From contig OZ244561.1 in NCBI GenBank assembly GCA_965217585.1, positions 3,008,001-3,072,000 of the forward strand: a DNA stretch of 64,000 bases, in the 5' to 3' direction. Position numbers and translations under genes: made by a program. The notes under the pieces are model-generated. The model was not told the DNA's origin. It worked only from the letters and a program-made list of their open reading frames with translations, and searched no databases. This document shows positions 10,501-19,500 of the stretch, piece after piece. Each line of letters begins with the position of its first letter. Position 1 is the stretch's first letter. Source of the DNA: Candidatus Latescibacterota bacterium (GTDB lineage Bacteria > Latescibacterota > UBA2968 > UBA8231).

Positions 10501-13500
10501 TCGTTGTCGGTGACCGGTGCCGTCGCGCGGTTGGATTCGCTTACCCGGTGAGTCGCGCCATCCGTGATCGTCGCCGTCACCGCGCCGTCCGCCTCGTCGC
10601 GCTCGTCGTCGTCTGTCGCCACCTGAAGCGTCGTTGTCTCCGCATCTACATCGAACGTCGCCTTGGTGGGTGCTCCATCCGCGAGGAACGCGCCGCGCTC
10701 CGTCACGTCCACTGGCACCGTCATTGGCACGGTCAGGTCGCCCACTCGCGTCAGTGTGAACGTCACGGTCGCGCCTTCTTCCACCGCCGCTGGGTCGGCC
10801 GCCACGCTTACCACCGGCCGGTCGTTGTCGGCGATCACGCCGGTCGCCTCGCCCTCTTCGATCGTCGCGTTGGAAGCATTGCTCAGCGCGACCGTGAACG
10901 CTTCGGCCGCCTCGTTTAGGTCGTCATCAATGATGGGCACGCGGATCGTTTGGGTCGTCTCCAAAGCGGGAAAAGCTAGCGTGCCGGTCGTTGTCCCGTA
11001 ATCCGTCCCCGCCGTCGCCGTGCCATCGGCGGTCGCGTAATCGACCGTCACCGTCTGGCTGCTGGCCACGCTCAGCCGCACTGAAAACGCCATCGCCCCG
11101 TCGCCCTCCGCCGCCGCCGCGTCGGCGATCAATAGTGTCGGCGTGTCGTCCTCAATGATCGTTGCCTCAACGCTGGCTGCCGTTACCAACCCGTAGTTGC
11201 CGCCGCTGACTGCGTGACGGATCGTCACTGGATCGTCGGCCACGGCGTCGGCATCCTGAGCCGCGGTCCCTGTTATCGTCTGCGGTATCCTCCAATTCTC
11301 GGCCGTGAATGTCAATTCCGTCTCGTCCACCGCGACCTCTGCGTCTTCGGGTACCTGCACTGCGACCGTCACGTTTGCCGTCGGCTCCGAAGTTAACACC
11401 ACCGTGTAGCTCGCGCTGTCGCCCTCGGGTACCGTCAACGCCGTCGGGGTTACGGTCACGCCGCGCACGTCGTTGTCGGTGACCGGCACCGTCGCGCGGT
11501 TGGATTCGCTTACCCGGAGGGTCGCGCCATCCGTGATCGTCGCCGTCACCGCGCCGTTTACTTCGTCCACATCATCATCGACCGTCGCCACCTGAAGCGT
11601 CGTATTTATCGCACCCACCGCGAACATCGCCTCGGTGGGTGCTCCGTCCGCGAGGAACGCGCCGCGCTCCGTCACGTCCACCGGCACCGTCAGCGGCACG
11701 GTCAGGTCGCCCACTCGCGTCAGCGTGAACGTCACGGTCGCGCCTTCTTCCACCGCCGCTGGGTCGGCCGCCACGCTTACCACCGGCCGGTCGTTGTCGG
11801 CGATCACGCCGGTCGCCTTGCCCTCTTCGATCGTCGCGTTGGAAGCATTGCTCAGCGCGACCGTGAACGCTTCGGCCGCCTCGTTTAGGTCGTCGTCGAT
11901 GATGGGCACGCGGATCGTTTGGGTCGTCTCCAAAGCGGGAAAAGCTAGCGTGCCGGTCGTTGTCCCGTAATCCGTCCCCGCCGTCGCCGTGCCATCGGCG
12001 GTCGCGTAATCGACCGTCACCGTCTGGCTGCTGGCCACGCTCAGCCGCACTGAAAACGCCATCGCCCCGTCGCCCTCCGCTGCCGCCGCGTCGGCGATCA
12101 ATAGTGTCGGCGTGTCGTCCTCAATGATCGTTGCCTCAACGCTGGCTGCCGTTACCAACCCGTAGTCGCCGCCGCTGACTGCGTGACGGATCGTCACTGG
12201 ATCGTCGGCCACGGCGTCGGCATCCTGAGCCGCGGTCCCTGTTATCGTCTGCGGTATCCTCCAATTCTCGGCCGTGAATGTCAATTCCGTCTCGTCCACC
12301 GCGACCTCTGCGTCTTCGGGTACCTGCACTGCGACCGTCACGTTTGCCGTCGGCTCCGAAGTTAACACCACCGTGTAGCTCGCGCTGTCGCCCTCGGGTA
12401 CCGTCAACGCCGTCGGGGTTACGGTCACGCCGCGCACGTCGTTGTCGGTGACCGGCACCGTCGCGCGGTTGGATTCGCTTACCCGGAGGGTCGCGCCATC
12501 CGTGATCGTCGCCGTCACCGCGCCGTTTACTTCGTCCACATCATCATCGACCGTCGCCACCTGAAGCGTCGTATTTATCGCACCCACCGCGAACATCGCC
12601 TCGGTGGGTGCTCCGTCCGCGAGGAACGCGCCGCGCTCCGTCACGTCCACCGGCACCGTCAGCGGCACGGTCAGGTCGCCCACTCGCGTCAGCGTGAACG
12701 TCACGGTCGCGCCTTCTTCCACCGCCGCTGGGTCGGCCGCCACGCTGACTACCGGCAGGTCGTTGTCGGCGATCACGCCGGTCGCCTTGCCCTCTTCGAT
12801 CGTCGCGTTGGAAGCATTGCTCAGCGCGACCGTGAACGCTTCGGCCGCCTCGTTTAGGTCGTCGTCGATGATGGGCACGCGGATCGTTTGGGTCGTCTCC
12901 AAAGCGGGAAAAGCTAGCGTGCCGGTCGTTGTCCCGTAATCCGTCCCCGCCGTCGCCGTGCCATCGGCGGTCGCGTAATCGACCGTCACCGTCTGGCTGC
13001 TGGCCACGCTCAGCCGCACTGAAAACGCCATCGCCCCATCGCCCTCCGCCGCCGCTGCGTCGGCGATCAATAGTGTCGGCGTGTCGTCCTCAATGATTGT
13101 TACCTCAACGCTGGCTGCCGTTACCAACCCGTAGTCGCCGCCGCTGACTGCGTGACGGATCGTCACTGGATCGTCGGCCACGGCGTCGGCATCCTGAGCC
13201 GCGGTCCCTGTTATCGTCTGCGGTATCCTCCAATTCTCGGCCGTGAATGTCAATTCCGTCTCGTCCACCGCGACCTCTGCGCCTTCGGGCATCTGTGTCG
13301 TGACCGTCACGTTTGCCGTCGGCTCCGAAGTTAACACCACCGTGTAGCTCGCGCTGTCGCCCTCAGGAATCATCAACGCCGTCGGGGTTACGGTCACGCC
13401 GCGCACGTCGTTGTCGGTGACCGGCACCGTCGCGCGGTTGGATTCGCTTACCCGGAGGGTCGCGCCATCCGTGATCGTCGCCGTCACCGCGCCGTTTACT

Positions 13501-16500
13501 TCGTCCACATCATCGTCCACCGTCGCCACCTGAAGCGTCGTTGTCTCCGCATCTACATCGAACGTCGCCTCGGTGGGTGCTCCGTCCGCGAGGAACGCGC
13601 CGCGCTCCGTCACGTCCACCGGCACCGTCATTGGCACGGTCAAGTCGCCCACTCGCTTCAGCATGAACGTCACTGTCGCGCCTTCTTCCACCGCTGTCGG
13701 GTCGGCTGCCACGCTGACTACCGGCAGGTCGTTGTCGGCGATCACGCCGGTCGCCTTGCCATCTTCGATCGTCGCGTTGGAAGCATTGCTCAGCGCGACC
13801 GTGAACGCTTCGGCCGCCTCGTTTAGGTCGTCGTCGATGATGGGCACGCGGATCGTTTGGGTCGTCTCCAAAGCGGGAAAAGCTAGCGTGCCGGTCGTTG
13901 TCCCGTAATCCGTCCCCGCCGTCGCCGTGCCATCGGCGGTCGCGTAATCGACCGTCACCGTCTGGCTGCTGGCCACGCTCAGCCGCACTGAAAACGCCAT
14001 CTCCCCGTCGCCCTCCGCTGCCGCTGCGTCGGCGATCAATAGTGTCGGCGTGTCGTCCTCAATGATTGTTACCTCAACGCTGGCTGCCGTTACCAACCCG
14101 TAGTCGCCGCCGCTGACTGCGTGACGGATCGTCACTGGATCGTCGGCCACGGCGTCGGCATCCTGAGCCGCGGTCCCTGTTATCGTCTGCGGTATCCTCC
14201 AATTCTCGGCCGTGAATGTCAATTCCGTCTCGTCCACCGCGACCTCTGCGCCTTCGGGCATCTGTGTCGTGACCGTCACGTTTGCCGTCGGCTCCGAAGT
14301 TAACACCACCGTGTAGCTCGCGCTGTCGCCCTCAGGAATCATCAACGCCGTCGGGGTTACGGTCACGCCGCGCACGTCGTTGTCGGTGACCGGCACCGTC
14401 GCGCGGTTGGATTCGCTTACCCGGAGGGTCGCGCCATCCGTGATCGTCGCCGTTACCGCGCCGTTTACTTCGTCCACATCATCGTCCACCGTCGCCACCT
14501 GAAGCGTCGTTGTCTCCGCATCTACATCGAACGTCGCCTCGGTGGGTGCTCCGTCCGCGAGGAACGCGCCGCGCTCCGTCACGTCCACCGGCACCGTCAT
14601 TGGCACGGTCAGGTCGCCCACTCGCGTCAGCGTGAACGTCACGGTCGCGCCTTCTTCCACCGCTGTCGGGTCGGCCGCCACGCTGACTACCGGCAGGTCG
14701 TTGTCGGCGATCACGCCGGTCGCCTTGCCTACTTCGATCGTCGCGTTGGAAGCATTGCTCAGCGCGACCGTGAACGCTTCGGCCGCCTCGTCTAGGTCGT
14801 CGTCGATGATAGGCACGCGGATGGTCTGTCCCGTCTCCAAGGCGGGGAAAATCAGCGTCCCGGTCGTCGTCTCGTAATCCTTGTCCGCCGTCGCCGTGCC
14901 GGTCGAAGTCATATACTCTGCCGTCACCGTCTTGCTACTGGCCACGCTCAGCCGCACCTGGAACGCTAGCTCCCCGTCGCCCTCCGCTGCCGCCGCGTCG
15001 GCGATCAATAGTGTCGGCATATCGTCTTCAAGGATCGTCACCGCAACGCTAGCCGCTGCCACCGTGTCGTAGTCGCCGCCGCTGACTGCATGAGTTAGCA
15101 CCACCGGATCGTCGGCTACGGCGTCGGCATCCTGAGCCGCCGTTACCGTTACCGTCTGCGCCTGATTCCAATCTTCGGCTGTGAACGTCAATTCCGTCTC
15201 GTCCACCGAGACCTCCGCGTCCTCTGGCACCTGCACGGCCACGGTCACGTCCGCTGTTGGCTCCGTGTCCAGCACCACCGTATAGTTCGCGCTGCCGCCT
15301 TCGGGCACGAGCAGCGCTGTCGGGGTCACGGTCACGCCGGGCACGTCATTGTCGATGACCGGCACCGTCGCGCTGGCCGCATCGCCTACCCGGTGGGTCG
15401 CGCCGCTGGTGATAGTCGCCGTCACCGCGCCGTGCTCCTCGTCGCTCCCATCGTCGTCTGTCGCCATCAGAAGCGTCGTCGTTGCTGCATTCGCCGTGAA
15501 TGTCGCCTCGGTAGGTACCTCATCGGCGAGGAACGCGCCGCGCTCCGTTACCCGTACTGGCACCGTCAGCGGCACGGTCAGGTCGCCTACCCGCGTCAGC
15601 GTAAACGTCACCGTCCCACCTTCTACCACTCCTGCTAGGTCTGCCGCTATGCTGACCACCGGCAGGTCGTTGTCGGCGATCACGCCCGTTGCCTTGCCTA
15701 CTTCGATCGTCGCGTTCTCCGGCTCGCTCAACGCGACCGTGAACGCTTCCGCCGTCTCGTCTAGGTCGTCATCCATGATAGGCACGCGGATCGTCTGATT
15801 CGTCCTTCCAGCCGGGAAGGTCAGCGTCCCGGTTGTCGCCTCGTAATCCGTCCCCGCTATCGCTGTGCCGTCCGCCGTCGCATACTCGACCGTCACCGTC
15901 TGGATGCTGGCCACGCTCAGCCGCACTGAAAACGCCATCGCCCCATCGCCCTCTGACGCCTCCGCGTCGGCGATCCGGATCGTCGGTGGGTCGTCCTCAA
16001 GGATTGTCACCGCAACGCTGGCCGCGGGCACCGCACCGTAGTCGCCGCCGCCAACCGCATGACGGATCGTCACTGGATCGTCGGCCACCGAGTCGGCGTC
16101 CTGAGCCGCGGTCACCGCAACCATCTGCGTCGTCCTCCAGTTGGCCGCGGTGAATGTCAACGCCGTCGGGGTCACCGAAATTTCCGCGTTCGCCGGTACT
16201 TGCACTGCGACCGTCACATTCGCCGTCGGCTCCGTGTCCAGGTCTATCATGTAACTGAGACTGCCGCCCTCGCGAATCGTCAGTGCCGTCGGGGTCACGG
16301 TCACGCCGCGTACGTCGTTGTCGGTGACCGGCACGGTGGCACTGGCCGCATCGCTTATCTGATGGGTCGGGCCCTCCATGATCGTTGCTGTCACCGCGCC
16401 GTGCGCCTCGTCGCGCCCATCGTCGTCTGTCGCCACCAGAAGCGTCGTCGTCGCTGCATTCGCCGCGAATGTCGCTTCGGTGGGAACCTCGTCCGTGAGG

Positions 16501-19500
16501 AACGCACCGCGCTCCGTTACGCGTACCGGCACCGTTAGCGGCGCGGTCAGATTGCCTACCCGCGTCAGCGTAAACGCTACTGTCCCGCCTTCCTCCACCG
16601 CTGTCGGGTCTGCTTCGACGCTGACCACTGCTGTCGAGTCTGCTTCGACGCTGACCACTGCTGTCGAGTCTGCTTCGACGCTGACCACTGCTGTCGAGTC
16701 TGCTTCGACGCTGACCACTGTTGTCGAGTCTGCTTCGACGCTGACCACCGGCAGATCGTTGTCGGCGATCACGCCCGTCGTCCTGCCCTCTCCAATCGTC
16801 GCGTTGGAATTGCGCAACAAGACTGTGAACGTCTCCTCTTCCTCCTCCACGTTGTCGTCAATGATGGGCACGCGGATCGTCCGCCTCGTCGTCTCAGCCG
16901 GGAAGGTCAGGGTCCCGGTCCTCGCTTCGTAATCCCTCCCCGCCGTCGCCGTGCCGCTCGCAGTCGCGTACTTCACCGTCACTTCTTGGCGGCTCGCTGT
17001 GCTTAGCTGCACCGCGAACCTTAGTGCCGCGTCGTCCTCCGACGCCTCATAGCGCGCCGCCGCAAACGACACCGTCACGTCGCTCTTGACCACCTCTGTA
17101 TCGGTTCGCGTCTCAACCTCTGTATCGGTCTGCGTCTCAACCTCTGTATCGGTCTGCGTCTCAACCTCTGCATCGGTTCGCGTCTCAACCTCTGTATCGG
17201 TCTGCGTCTCAACCCCATCGGGCCCGTCGTTGTCGGTGACCTCCACCGTCGCAGTGGCCGCATCGCCTATCTGATAGGTTTCGCCATCCGTGATCGTCGC
17301 GGTCACCGCACCGTTTTCTTCTTCCACCTTATCGTCCACCGTCGCCATCTGAAGCGTCGTCTCCAGCGCATTCACCGCGAATGTCGCCTCGGTGGGTGCT
17401 CCGTCGGCGAGGAAGGTGCCGCGCTCCGTTATACTTACCGGCACCGTCATTGGCACGGTCAGGTTGCCTGTCCGCGTCAGTGTAAACGTCACTGTCTCGC
17501 CTTCTTCCACCACGGTCTGGTTGGTCGTCACGATGATCAACGGCAGGTCGTTGTCGGTGATCTCCACCGTGGCGCTGGCCGCATCGCCTACCTGATAGGT
17601 CTCGCCATCCGTGATCGTCGCAGTCACCGCACCGTTTTCTTCGTCCACCTCATCGTCCACTGTTGCCACCTGAAGCGTGGTCGTCGCTGCATTCTCTGCG
17701 AATGTCGCTTCGGTGGGTGCTCCGTCGGCGAGGAACGCGCCGCGCTCGGTTATACTTACCGGCACCGTCAGCGGCATAGTCAGATCGCTGGTCCGCGTCA
17801 GTGTAAACGTCACTGTCTCGCCTTCTTCCACCACGGTCTGGTTGGTCGTCACGATGATCAACGGCAGGTCGTTGTCGGCGATCACGCCTGTCGCCTCGCC
17901 TACTCCAATCGTCGCGTTGGATCTGATCAACCTGACTGTGAACGTCTCCTCTTGCTCGACCACATCGTCATCAATGATGGGCACGCGGATCGTCCGCCTC
18001 GTCGTCCCAGCCGGAAAGGTCAGGTCACCACCTGTCGCTTCGTAATCCTCCCCCGTCTTTGCTGTGCCGGTCTGAGTCGAGTACGTCACCATCGCCTCTT
18101 GGCCGACCTCTTTGCTCAACTGCACCGAAAACTCCAGTACCTCGTCGCCCTCCGACGCCTCATAGCGCGTCCTCGTAAACGACAGCGTCACATCCTTTGG
18201 CAGCGGGGTGAGGGGTATTCCCGATGGGGTGCCGCCCGTTCCCGGTGGGGTGTCGTCTGTTTCCGGTGGGGTGTCGTCTGTTTCCGGTGGGGTGTCGTCT
18301 GTTTCCGGTGGGGTGTCGTCTGTTTCCGGTGGGGTGTCGTCTGTTTCCGGTGGGGTGTCGTCTGTTTCCGGTATGTTGGGGTTTGGTCCCGGTGGTTGAG
18401 GATTTGGTCCCGTCGATCTCGTCGAACCCGTTCCCGAAGGCGACCACTCGCTCGCTCCGTTTGAGTTCGTTGCTCGGATCTGGACGTCGTACGAAGTGCC
18501 CTCGTCGAGGTCGGTGATCGTCACCGACAACTCGGTACTCAGCGGATCTGTCTCCTCCGTCCAGGCTTGGTCCGAATCGCTCGTCTTCTTGTAGCGGTAG
18601 TCGTAGTCGGTGATTGGCGGACCTTCGTTATCGGGTGCCGACCAGTTTACGTTCAGGCTCGTCTCAGACTCCGCCGTAACGGACGGTGCCCTCGGCGTGC
18701 TCGGCTTCTCGTTGGGCTCATTCGTCACCGTTACTGTGATCGTCTGGTCTGCCGTCCTTTCCCGGGTTCCCGTGCCGCTGGTTGCACGCACGATCACCAC
18801 ATAATTGTTGTCGCTTCCTACGTCCTGCGGAGCCTCAAAGTTTGGTGCCGTTTTGAACGTCAGCACGCCCGTTGACGACACAATCGAGAACAGATTCCGG
18901 TCCGCTCCGCCCTCGATCGAGTAGCGCTCAATGTCATCCTGACTGTCGTCGTCCACCGCTACGACTGGCAGCACTGACGTCGTGTTCTCAGGTATGCTCG
19001 GCGTCGATGAACTGGTGAACCTCGGATCTTCGTTGGCCTCCGTCGCACCCGTCGTACCGGTTCCCTCCAGCGACCACTCGCTCTCCCCCTCCGGGCTATT
19101 CGCTCGGATCTGGACGTCGTACGCGGTGTTCGCGTTGAGGTTCGGGATCGTCACCTCCAACGCGGTGATGTCACCCTGATTGGTCACCTCCGTCCAGCTT
19201 CCCTGCGGCGAGTCCGTCCGATACCGGTAGTCGTAGTCGTTGATTGGCGGACCCGTGTTCGTAGGTTCCGACCAGCGCACCATCAGGCTCGTCTCAGACG
19301 CCATCGACACCGATGGTGCTCCCGGCGTGCCCGGCTTCTCGTCCTCGTCCGTCACTGTTACTGTGATCGTCTGGTCGATCGTCTTCTGTCGGCTCCCGGT
19401 GCCGCTAGTGGCACGTACCTCCACCATATAATTGTTGCCGCCCCCGGCGGCCTGCGGAGCCTCAAAGTTAGGTGCCGTGATAAACCTCAGAACGCCCGTT

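Noticed and set aside
16601-18372. Short tandem repeats as a CRISPR array
   Set aside because: No spacers; unit lengths are multiples of 3 inside an open reading frame
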